A stretch of 64,000 nucleotides of DNA, taken from contig JAPDFW010000133.1 of the NCBI GenBank assembly GCA_028826165.1, forward strand, positions 1 to 64,000, read 5' to 3'. Shown in pieces: positions 38,686 through 50,325 of the stretch. Origin of the DNA: Anaeramoeba ignava BMAN (Eukaryota; Protista; Anaeramoebae). The translations under genes and the position numbers were made by a program. The notes beneath the pieces were generated by a model, which was not told the origin of the DNA, did not search any database, and saw only the letters and a program-made list of their open reading frames with translations. Positions within the stretch are counted from its first letter, which is position 1, and each line of letters starts with the position of its first letter.

Positions 38686-41600
38686 TTAATTTGCTTTTTT
38701 TCGAGTTCTTCTTTTTCTTCTTTTTGCAGATTGAGAAATCTTTTCACTTTCACTTTCACTTTCACTTTCATTTTCATTTTCTTTTTCACTTTCACTTTCA
38801 CTTTCTTGTTCTTTTTCTTTTTCTTTTTCTTTTTCTTTTTCTTGTTGTTGTTCTTGTTGTTTTATTAAATGAGGAGAATATTTTTTGACATATTTACTTT
38901 TGATCCAATGATTATAATCAGGAAGAAAAACTCCATTAAAAACAAAATGAAAACGGATGTTATTAACAGAATCATCATCAGGAAGAAGAGAAGGTAAAAG
39001 TTTTGGAGAAATGACAAAATATTGAGGAACAGATTCTTTTCTAACTGAATTTGCCAGTAATTGAAAAGTTTTCTTATCATTATCAGGATCCATTCCTAAA
39101 AAGAATAAAAAATTTTAATAAATTAATAAATAAATAAATAAATAATTTTTAGAATAAAATTTTTATACCTTGATTAATTTCATCAATAATACAAAAAGGA
39201 GATTGAGTGCAACGATGTAAAGCAATTAAATATAAAGCAGTTGATACTGTTCTCTCACCACCTGATTGTCTAGCAGAAGTCAATTTTTGAAGATGTTTTG
39301 AACTGTGAAATTGAACCAAAACATCAATTCCATAATTTTCATATTCATAATTTTGTGCTTTAATAAGTTGAATTTCTCCTCCACCTCCAAATTGTTCGAA
39401 TAGCCATTCAAATTTTACATTTAATTTCTTGATAATTTCTTCCATATTTACGATCCATTCTCTTTCCATAATCTCCATCTCTTGTCTGATTTGCTTGAAT
39501 ATTGATTCTGAATTTTTAATATTTTCTGAAATTCTTTCCAACTAATTTTAAACATGAAATTTTAAATTTTTTTTTTTAAACATGAAATTTGTATTTTTTT
39601 TTTTATTTGGAAAAAAACCTCAATTTTCTTCTCTTCATATTCTTTAATAATAGCATCTGCATCTTCTGATTCCAATGAATTAAGTTTGCTTGTTGCTTTG
39701 TGAAATTGTCTTTCAATTTCATTTATATCATTTGGGAGCTAAAAATTCAATTAAAAATTCAATTAAAATTCAAATAAAATTCAAATAAAATTCAAATAAA
39801 ATTCAAAATTAAAATTAAAATTCATTTTGATTTAAAAATACTTTTGCAAATTGTTCTTCTAAAATTTGTGTTTTTTCTCCTGTTTTTGCAATTGCTTTTT
39901 CTCGGAAATTTTTGAATTCTTCTTGCAAATCTTTTAGTTGTCTTTCAAAAGCAGTTTTTTCTCTGAATATTTGTTCATGTTTTGATTTATATTCTTCAAT
40001 TTCTCTTGAGCATTTATTTTTTTCTTCCAAAATTAAAAATTTTTGGATTTGTTTAATATTTGAATTTTGAAGAGAAGTTGAATAATGACGAAGTTCATCA
40101 AGAATTTGCCCATTTTTCTTCTCAATTGATTGAAGATTTTGCGTTTTATTATGTATTAATTCAACACGAAGAATTTCAAAATTTTTTTTTTGTTTGTCTT
40201 TTAAATCTTTTTGTTTATTTTTTAGTGATCTTTGAATCTCAGCATTTTCAATTTTGATTCTCCGTATTTCGTTGTCGAGTATATTTTTTCTTTTTCTAAA
40301 TCCTTCGTTATCACGATGCAAGTCAATCTGTTGTTTTTCGATATTTTGGAATTGAATATCAAGTTCTTTGATTTGGTTTTCTAATTCAAGTGATTGCTGT
40401 TTAAGTCCTTGAACATCTGAGTAATTTGTCCAATCTCGATAAAAACGAGTTGACCGAATTTGTTGTGTTCGATATGAGACTTCTGATGAATATCGAGAAA
40501 TATTTTTCATATATTTATGTGTGGATGTGTAGAAAAGCATAACCTTGTCATTGTCGATTAAAAATTTTTCTGTTCTTTCTGAGGATCCACGATAGCATAA
40601 CTGGATAAAAAAAAAAGTGTGAAAATGATATTTTTATAAATTTCATGTTTTTGGAAATATCTTATTAAAAAAAAAATTATATGATTATTATTATTATTAT
40701 TTTTATTACAGTCTTCTCAATTTTGCATTTATCAATTAAACATTCTTTGATTGAATCTACTGCATCAAATCCTTGATCGAGAAAAAATACTTCTCCCAAA
40801 TTTTTTGGAATCTCATTTATGTCAAATGGATTATTATAAACTAGAGGTTTTTTTGACCATTCATAAAGTGGGATTTTAATCCCTTCTTTCTGATAAGCAT
40901 TTTGAAAAAAGAAATCAAGGTCTTCTTCGCAAAGGAACACAAAAGTCTTTAATATTAATATTATTATTATGAGTATTAATATTATTTTAAATATTAATAT
41001 TATTATTTTTTTTTTGATATGTTTTACATTAATAGCTTGAAAGCATTGAGTCTCAAAAATTGTTGCTATTTCTTTTGAATGGAATTCTACCTAAAAAAAA
41101 ATATATATATATATATATTAACAAAAATAAAAAACCTGAAATTTCGAAAAGGAAAAAAAGAAAAGAAAAAAAAAAGTACTTCAGCTCCGATCGGTCCAAA
41201 AACTTGATGTTTGAAACGATTTCTATGGCTATCTATCCATTCTCTTGCTTTTTGAGCAGCTGGGAATCGTTGATAAATTTGGTCACAAATTTTCCTTTTT
41301 CTATTCTCAATTTCTCTAATTGTTTCATCATTTCTTTGTTTTCTTCTGAAATAATCATCTTTTTGTTTACTAACTTTTTTCTTTTCTTTATCAAGTTGAT
41401 CGCTTGAATTTCTGAAATCTTTCAATTTTTTAGTTAATTCCTTTTATTTTTAGGAAAAAAAAAAAAAGAAAATTTAATTTTTGAACATGAAATGAAATGA
41501 AATCATTTACAGATAATTCATTTTCTTGTTCTTTTGTGTCTTGGATATTCTTTTTTTGGAGTTCTTCAATTTCTTTTAAAAGTTTTTGGATTTGTTTTTT

Positions 41601-44397
41601 ATTTCTTTCTTCGTCTTCATCAACATTTTTAATATCCTCAATATTTTTTTGGTATTCAAGATCCTGAAAAAGAAATTTAATTTAGTTGTTTTTGTTTTTT
41701 TTTTGATAAAAAATTACATGTGAATCAAGTTTTTCGAAAATTATTTTCATTCTTGAATTATATTTGCTAATTAATTTTTCTAATTCCCTAATTTCTTTTT
41801 CAACTTCTTGACTTTGTTTTTGATATTTTTCTAAATTTTGATTTAAATGGGAATATCTTGTCATAATTTTTTTCTCTTTGCGAATAAGTTTTTCAATATT
41901 GCTTTGAACTAGAACAATTTTATTCTCAGCAATTTCTGATTTCATCCACAAAAGCTTTCCTTCTAATAATTGGATTTTTTGCATTAATTCTTTTTGTCTT
42001 TCAATTCTTTCCATTGCTTTCTTTAAATATTCAAAACGAACTCTTATTTTTTCATAATTTTTTTGTTCTTGATCTGATCCCTAAAAATAATACTATTAAT
42101 TTTTAATTTTGAATTTTGAATTTTTAATTTTGAATTTTACAAATAAAGCATCTCGATATTGTCCACTTTTTTTAATTAATTCGGAATGTTTTTCTAATAA
42201 TTCTTTATCAACGACTCGTTCAGTTTCTTTAAGTCGTTGTTGTGGAGTCATTGAAGCAAATTGAGAAACTCTTTCTTGAGGGAGGAATTGACATAAATTA
42301 TCAAAATGTATATTAAAAGCTCTGACTCTATCAACAAAGTCAGTTGCATCAATTCTTTTGCCTATTCAAATTAAAATATGAAAATAAATTTTAATTTTAA
42401 TTTTAATATAAATTTTAATTTTTAATTTAAATATAAATTTTAATTTTTAATTTAAATATAAATTTTAATTTTTAATTTAAATATAAATTTTAATTTTTAA
42501 TTTAAATATAAATTTTAATTTTTAATTTAAATATAAATTTTAATTTTTAATTTAAATATAAATTTTAATTTTTAATTTAAATATAAATTTTAATTTGAAT
42601 ATTACGATCAATATAATATTTGTCTGGCTTTGTTTTGCTTATAATTCTTCGAAAAAGTTTTGTACGTCCTTTTCCACAAGAAACTTCAATTTCAAGTTCA
42701 GCAAGATCACTTCCTGTTTTGATAAAATCACGAACATGATCTTGTCTTTCAAGAAACTTTGAAATTTTTCAATTTTATTTATTTAGAAATTTATAATTTA
42801 ATTTATAATTTAATTTATAATTTTATTTATAATATTATTTATAATTTAATTTATAATTTTATTTATAATTTTATTTATAATTTTATTTATAATTTTATTT
42901 ATAATATTATTTATAATTTAATTTATAATTTTATTTATAATTTTATTTATAATTTAATTTATAATTTTATTTATAATTTTATTTATAATTTTATTTATAA
43001 TTTTATTTATAATTTAATTTATAATTTAATTTATATTTTAATTTATAATTTTATTTATAATTTTATTTATAATTTAATTTATAATTTTATTTATAATTTT
43101 ATTTATAATTTTATTTATAATTTTATTTATAATTTTATTTATAATTTTATTTATAATTTTATTTATAATTTTATTTATAATTTTATTTATAATTTTATTT
43201 ATAATTTTATTTATAATTTTATTTATAATTTTATTTATAATTTTATTTATAATTTAATTTATAATTTTATTAATAATTTTATTTATAATTTAATTTATAA
43301 TTTTATTTATAATTTATTTATAATTTAATTTATAATTTTATTTATAATTTTATTTATAATTTTATTTATAATTTTATTTATAATTTAATTTATAATTTAA
43401 TTTATAATTTAATTTATAATTTAATTTATAATTTTAATTTATAATTTTATTTATAATTTTATTTATAATTTTATTTATAATTTATTTATAATTTAATTTA
43501 TAATTATATTTATAATTTTATTTATAATTTTATTTATAATTTAATTTATAATTTTAATTTATAATTTTATTTATAATTTTATTTATATTTTATTTATAAT
43601 TTTATTTATAATTTTATTTATAATTTAATTTATAATTTAATTTATAATTTAATTTATAATTTTATTTATAATTTTATTTATAATTTTATTTATAATTTAA
43701 TTTATAATTTTATTTATAATTTTATTTATAAGTTTATTTATAATTTTATTTATAATTTTATTTATAATTTAATTTATAATTTTAATTTTATTTATAATTT
43801 TATTTATAATTTTATTTATAATTTTATTTATAATTTTATTTATAATTTTATTTATAATTTTATTTATAATTTTATTTATAATTTAATTTATAATTTAATT
43901 TATAATTTAATTTATAATTTAATTTATAATTTAATTTATAATTTAATTTATAATTTAATTTATAATTTAATTTATAATTTTATTTATTATTTTATTTATA
44001 ATTTTATTTATAATTTTATTTATAATTTAATTTATAATTTTATTTATAATTTAATTTATAATTTTATTTATAATTTAATTTATAATTTTATTTATAATTT
44101 AATTTATAATTTTATTTATTATTTTATTTATAATTTTATTTATAATTTTATTTATAATTTTATTTATAATTTTATTTATAATTTATTTTGTACTTGAGGT
44201 TTTCCTCCTAAACCAAGAGCAATTGCATTTATAATAGTACTTTTTCCTGAACCATTTGGACCAAGAATAAAATTTAATTTTGGACCAGGAAAAACTGTAC
44301 ATTCATCAAAAATTTGAAAATTTTTCATATAAATTTGTGTTATTCTTCCTCTTGGAAATTGAAAAGAGAAAGATTTCCTTTTTTTTGAATAAGACAT
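38686..44397 (-). CDS. SMC5: Structural maintenance of chromosomes protein 5, multi-exon
   Basis: GRITQIYMKNF...PGPKLNFILGPNGSGKSTII.AIALGLGG (Walker A); NLCQFLPQERV exon near 42270-42300; QSGGERTVST signature; PFCIIDEINQG/MDP; QYFVISPKLL. Confidence 0.93.
42790..44185. repeat. 12-bp tandem repeat (TTATAATTTTAT)n filling SMC5 intron 1 (42757-44193); a 25-bp repeat fills the next intron (about 42400-42600)
   Basis: Direct reading; splice sites give in-frame GGKPQ/FLERQDHVRDFIKTG. Confidence 0.88.
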
Positions 44398-44718
44398 TTT
44401 TATTTATTTAAATAAAAGAAGAAAAAAAGAAGAAGAAAAATGAAAAAAATGAAAAAAATTTTTTAACGAAATTTTAATTTAATTTTTAATTTAATTTTTA
44501 ATTTAATTTTTAATCGAAATTTTAATTTTGTTTTTAATTTAATTTTAATTTAAATTTTGTTTTTGTTTTTTAATAAAAGTTAATTTGATTAAAAAAAAAA
44601 AGATTAAAAAAAAAATATTTCCGAAATCCTAAAAAAAAAAAAAAATCCACTTTCCATCATTTCTCTGTCTTTAAAAGAAAAGAAAAGAAAAGAAAAGAAA
44701 AAGAGAAATTGCAAAGAG

Positions 44719-47007
44719 TTAGACAAACAATTTTGAAGCAATTTGTAAATAAGACTGAACAGAATCAACTGAATGATTTTTGAGCCAAAGAAACGAAGTA
44801 TCAACAAAACTTTCCCATTCAAGTTTTCTTTGCGGGAAACAAGAAGTAAGAAAAGCAGCGCCGACAATAGTGTACCAAATTTGAGAAGAGATTTCTTTTG
44901 GCATTAATTTTTCGACTTGGGATTGAGTAAGATTAAGAATTTGGAAAAAAGAATCGGAGCTTTGCCAAGAACCATCTATATTCTGGATCGCGACAAATTG
45001 CTCCATAAGATGATCAGGATAAGTTGGGTTGGTTTGTGTTGGGGATTGGGGGGTATGTGAATAAAGGAGGGCACTTGAAAAATTTTCAATTTGGGACTCA
45101 ATTTCCAAATTATTTTCAAGTAATTGAGCTTCTCTGCGTCGAGTTTCCTCAAGAATAAGCTCTTTGTTTGTTTGCAACTCAATGATTTTCGCGCGTTTTT
45201 TGCTGATTTCGTTGTTTAATTTGTCGGAATAAGTTGTTGACATAAGTTGTCTTTGTTTGTCCAAAGTTTCTGTAAATGAAAGCATTTTTGAAAGTTGTTC
45301 TTTATGAAGTGACAGTTGAGATTGCATTTCTGATATTCGTTTTTGGAACAATGATTGCGCCGTTTTTAGCTCGTCGGTTTCTTTCAGAAGATCAAGATCA
45401 GGAAGAAACACTTTTTCGCTTTGTTTTTTGGATTCGGAAATCTGCTCGTCAATTTGTTTCTTCGAAATTTCTAAAACGCTTATTTCTTGTGTTAGTGATT
45501 TTATTTTCTTTGGAATTGCCGCTAATATTTTCTGCGTTTCCGCTTTCGAATTTTGTGTTTGTTGAGACGTCTTTTTGAGCTGAGTTTCCTGCGTCTTCAG
45601 AAGATTGATTGTCTTTGTGTTCGTTTCAATTCTTGACATGATGCTTTCTCGTTGTTTCTCAAGTTGATCAACATTTTTCGGCAAATTTTGACTTGTTTTC
45701 TTGAGTGGGTCATTTGGTTTTTTTTCGTCATCTTGATTCTCCATCGAAAGTCGCGAGTACTCCTTCTGGATCATATGGAGCTCGTCAGTTTCTTGTTCGA
45801 TGATCTTCGCCAATTCCGCCTTCCGTTTTTGCAGCTGTCCGTATTTTTCGTTGAATGTTTCCTCCTGCTCCTTAAGATTGTTCGTCACATCCCGCTGCTG
45901 CTCAATGCGCGTGATGTTCGCCTGCAGATCCGCAATATGTGTGTCGATTTTTCCTGTCACTTCATCCGCTTTTGCTCGCATGAATTTCATTTTTTGGATA
46001 TTTTCATCCCGCGCCTTTTTCAGATTCGCGACTGTTTGTTCCGCTTCTGCCAATGTTTGCTGATCCAGACTGCTCCGTTGCTCAATAATCTTGTGGATTT
46101 CCTCAGTGTTCTGCTCCATTTTTCCCACCTCTTGAAGCGCTTTTTCAATTTCTGTAATTCGGGTCTGAAGTGAGAACTTTTTTTCTTCAATCTCCTTTGC
46201 TGTTGCTTCCAGCTGCGCAATCTGAACCTCAAACTCCTCAATGTCCTTCTTCGTCTCCTCCTTGTTCTGCTTCAAATCCTCCATCGTTTTGTTGTATTCT
46301 TCCATCCATTGCTGCTGCTCTTTTCGTATGCCTTCAACATGCCCTCGCATTTGATTTAATCCTTGTTGTAATTGATTTTTTGCCTGTTCAACTTTTTCCT
46401 TTGCAATCCGTGCTTCTGTCAATTTGATTTGGTCGGTCATTTTCTCTTCAAAAGTCCCAATCATCGTTTCTCGTGATTTTCGGGACGCTTTTGCTTTTTT
46501 TCGGTTTTGTTTGATCATTTCAAGAACTTTTTTCCGATTTTCCAATCTTTCACTTGCCTTTTGTTTTTGCTCTTTTAACTGCCTTCCTGTCTCATCAAGT
46601 GTGCTGTCTGTTTTCTTAAGTGTCTCGATTTCTGATTCTAAATGATCTCTTTGTTCCTTTAATTTTTTTTCTTGTTCTGAAACCCATTTTTCGGGATTTT
46701 TCTCCATTTCGTCCGTTTTTTCTTTAGATTCTAATTTGGCATGCAATTCTTCCCCTTGTTTTCTTAACAGCGAAAATTCACGCTTTAGTTTTTGTAATCC
46801 TTTTTTTTCTTCCTCAATTTCTTTCGCTAATTGATTTTCTGTTTGATTTGGATTTTTCACTTGATTTTCAAGATCTGCTTCAAGTTTCTTTATTCGATTT
46901 ATTTTTGTTGTTATTAGTTTTTTTGTTTCTTGTTGTTTTTCTTCTATTTCTGAAACAATCATTTCAACCAATGGATTTTTTTCATTTGAATTTTGTAAAT
47001 TAGACAT
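44719..47007 (-). CDS. Long coiled-coil protein with a C-terminal VWA5A/PARP4-type helical domain
   Basis: ~650 aa of E/K/Q-rich heptads, then FVAIQNIDGSW...IWYTIVGAAFL...EWESFVDTSFLWL, resembling the LQxxDGSW/WAT/EW..KA..WL module of VWA5A/PARP4 C-termini; first ATG at 47007. Confidence 0.65.
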   Translation of the reverse strand: MSNLQNSNEKNPLVEMIVSEIEEKQQETKKLITTKINRIKKLEADLENQVKNPNQTENQLAKEIEEEKKGLQKLKREFSLLRKQGEELHAKLESKEKTDEMEKNPEKWVSEQEKKLKEQRDHLESEIETLKKTDSTLDETGRQLKEQKQKASERLENRKKVLEMIKQNRKKAKASRKSRETMIGTFEEKMTDQIKLTEARIAKEKVEQAKNQLQQGLNQMRGHVEGIRKEQQQWMEEYNKTMEDLKQNKEETKKDIEEFEVQIAQLEATAKEIEEKKFSLQTRITEIEKALQEVGKMEQNTEEIHKIIEQRSSLDQQTLAEAEQTVANLKKARDENIQKMKFMRAKADEVTGKIDTHIADLQANITRIEQQRDVTNNLKEQEETFNEKYGQLQKRKAELAKIIEQETDELHMIQKEYSRLSMENQDDEKKPNDPLKKTSQNLPKNVDQLEKQRESIMSRIETNTKTINLLKTQETQLKKTSQQTQNSKAETQKILAAIPKKIKSLTQEISVLEISKKQIDEQISESKKQSEKVFLPDLDLLKETDELKTAQSLFQKRISEMQSQLSLHKEQLSKMLSFTETLDKQRQLMSTTYSDKLNNEISKKRAKIIELQTNKELILEETRRREAQLLENNLEIESQIENFSSALLYSHTPQSPTQTNPTYPDHLMEQFVAIQNIDGSWQSSDSFFQILNLTQSQVEKLMPKEISSQIWYTIVGAAFLTSCFPQRKLEWESFVDTSFLWLKNHSVDSVQSYLQIASKLFV

Positions 47008-47465
47008 TTTTTTTTTAAACAAAACTAAAAAGAATTTTTCAAAATGAAAAACAAATGGAATTTTTTATGTTATATTTTAAATGATCAAGTTTGAAATGAA
47101 AAATGAAAAAAAAATGAAAAAAAAAAACAAAAATTTTTAAACCAAAAACAAAAAACAAAATTTAAATTGAATTTGAAATTAAAATTTGAAATTAAATTTG
47201 AAATTAATTTTAAATCTAATTATTTTAATTGTAAAAATATTTAGATCTGATCTTTTATATTTTTTTTTAATTATTTTTTAAACAAATCCCCTTTTTATTT
47301 ATTTTTTTTTTAAAAGGAAATAATTTAATCCCTCATTTGATCTTTTTCTATTTTAAAATTTTTAATTCTATTTTATCTATAAATTCCTCTTTTTTTTTTA
47401 TTAATTCTTTAATTTTTAATTTTTTCATTTTTCTTTTTTTTTGCTTTTAAAAAAATAAATAATAA

Positions 47466-48261
47466 ATGAATGTAAAAGATTTAAAAATTCCATTTAAAAA
47501 ATTTTAATTAAAAAATTTTCAATTTAAAAAAAAAGAATCGAAAATTTCAAAAAAAAACTAGATCAAAAAATAAACCAAATCAACCCAAAAAAAGAAGCAA
47601 AAAAAAAGAGAAATTAAAAGAAGAACTTGAATTTATGAAAAAAATTCAAGAAAAACTTAAACTAGCAAATGAAGAAAAGGATTTTTTGCAATATTTTCCA
47701 AGATATACAAATTACAACAAAAACGGAGTAAATATAAAAATGGAATTTTATAAAGAAATCCCGAAGGAGAACAAACAAGAAATAATAGACTTATTACGCT
47801 CTAATATGAAGGTTATGTATGAAGAGGCTGACGGATGGGGATGGAACGAATCCCAGAAATTTAATGAGCTTGTCTCGGAAGAAGCAAGATTTCTTGTGCT
47901 CAAAAAAATTGATGAAAAAAATAACGATCAAGAATCGGAATCAAAAGGAAGTTTTGCGGGATTTGCTCATTTTCGTTTTGTGGAAGATGATAAGCGTGCT
48001 GTTGTTTATCTCTATGAACTTCAGTTAGTTCCTGATGTTTGTGGGAAAGGAATTGGAAAATTTGTTATGCAATTTTTGGAATTGATTGTTTTTAAATTTA
48101 ATTTAAATGGTCTTGTTTTGACTTGTTTTACTGCAAATTCTCGTGCTTTGAATTTTTACTTGAATCATATGAAGTATTCTATTGATAGAACTTCTCCTCA
48201 AGATTCTTTGGATGAAGTTTCTTCTTATAGAATTTTGAGTAAAATTATCAGGAATATTTAA
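47466..48261 (+). CDS. NAA40: N-alpha-acetyltransferase 40 (NatD, GNAT); possible 6-nt first exon at 47466 with intron 47472-47535, otherwise starts at 47635
   Basis: LLRSNMKVMYEEADGWGWNESQKFNEL, FAHFRF, VVYLYELQL..VCGKGIGKFVM, LVLTCFTANSRALNFY, IDRTSP...YRILSK. Confidence 0.88.
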
Positions 48262-48339
48262 ATTTCAATCAAAATTCAAATAAAAATTAAATAAAAATCA
48301 AATAAAAATTTAAATAATTTTATTCCACTTTTTTGAAAT

Positions 48340-49360
48340 GAATCAAAATTAAATTCAAAATTAAATCAAAATTAAATCAAAATTAAATTAAAATTAAATC
48401 AAAATTAAATCAAAATTAAATTAAAATATAAATTAAATTTTATTTAAATAAAAAAAAAGAATAAAAATTAAATAAAAATTAAATCAAAATTAAATTAAAA
48501 TCTAAAAATTAAATTAAATTAAAATTTAATCAAATTCAATTAAAATTAAATTAAAATTTTTTAAAATAAATTTAATTTAATTTATTTTTCAAAATTTTTA
48601 AAAATTTTATTCCTTTTATAAATTAATTTTTAAAATTATTAAAATTTTTTAATCAAATTTATTTTATTTATTTAATAAAATTATTTTTAAAAAAATAATT
48701 TAAAAAAAATAAATTAATAAATAAATTTAATTTTATTAAATTTTAATCAATTTTAAATCAAAATTTTTAAATCAATTTTAAATTAATTTTAAATAAAAAT
48801 TAAATTAAAATTTATTCAAATTTTTAAATCAAAATTAAATAAAAATTAAATAAATATTAAATTAAAATTAAATAAAATTTTTTAATATAATTTAAATTAA
48901 AATTTTAAATTAATTTTAAATTAATTTTTAATAAAAATTAAATTTAAAATTAAATCAAAATTAAATCAAAATTAATTTTGGAAAATTAAATTAAAATTAA
49001 ATCAAAATTTAAATAAAATTTTATTATATTTTTTGAAATATTCAAAATTAATTTAAATTTATATTTTTAATAATAATTTTATTCTATAATTAATTTATTT
49101 TTAAATTAAAATTTAATCAAATTTAAATAATAAAAATTAAATTTAAAATTAAATTAAAATTTTTAATCAAAATTTAATTAAAATTTTAAATTAAAATTAA
49201 ATCAAAATTTAATCAAAATTAAATTAAAATTAAATTAAAATTAAATCAAAATTAAATTAAAATTAAATCAAAATTAAATCAAAATTAAATCAAAATTAAA
49301 TTAAAATTAAATCAAAATTAAATTAAAATTAAATTAAAATTAAATTAAAATTAAATTGAT
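48340..49360. repeat. (AAATTAAATC/AAATTAAATT)n A/T repeat, partly degraded
   Basis: Direct reading. Confidence 0.7.
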
Positions 49361-49499
49361 TCCACTTTTTATTTCAATATAAATTTATTCCATTTTATTT
49401 AAATAAAAAAAAAAAAAAAAAGAATAAAAATTAATAGAGGAGAGGATTTTTGATCCGTCCGACCTTTTTTTTTTTAAATTCGCTTTTTATTTTTAAATA

Positions 49500-50325
49500 A
49501 ATTTACTAATTTATTTTTTATTTTTAAAATTTTTATATATTTTAATTTTTAATATATTTTATTAAATATTTTTAATTAAATTTTTATTTATATTTTTAAT
49601 AATAATTTATTATAATTTATTTATAATTTATTTTTAAATATAATTTTATATAATTTTATTAATAAATATTAATTTAAAATTATTAATATTATTAATATAT
49701 TTTTATTAAATATTTTTAATTAATTTTTTATTTATATTTTTAATAATAATTTATTATAATTTATTTATAATTTATTTTTAAATTCTAATTTTAAAGTAAT
49801 TTTATTAATAAATATTAATTTAAAAATTATTTAATATTTTAATATATTTTTATTAAATATTTTTAATTAATTTTTATTTATATTTTTAATAATAATTTAA
49901 TAATAATTTATTTATAATTTATTTTTAAATATAATTTTAAGTAATTTTATTAATAAATATTAATTTAAATTATTATTAATATTTTTAATATATTTTTATT
50001 AAATATTTTTAATTAATTTTTATTTATATTTTTAATAATTTAATATAATTTATTTATAATTTATTTTTAAAAATAATTTTTAAATAATTTTTTTATTAAT
50101 AAATTTAATAATTTATTATTATTATTTTTAATATATTTTTATTAAATATTTTTAATTAATTTTTTATTTATATTTTTAATAATAATTTATTATAATTTAT
50201 TTATAATTTATTTTTAAATATAATTTTAAATAATTTTATTAATAAATAATAATTTAAAATTATTAATATTTTTAATATATTTTTATTAAATATTTTTAAT
50301 TAATTTTTTATTTATATTTTTAAAT
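49500..50325. repeat. ~145-bp A/T tandem array (about 6 units)
   Basis: Anchor attaaatatttttaattaa at 49561, 49705, 49852, 49998, 50141, 50285. Confidence 0.85.

Noticed and set aside
38686-44397. Functional link between SMC5 (SUMO-ligase-associated complex) and the TE-borne Ulp1 domain
   Set aside because: Proximity in a eukaryotic genome is not evidence of a functional link
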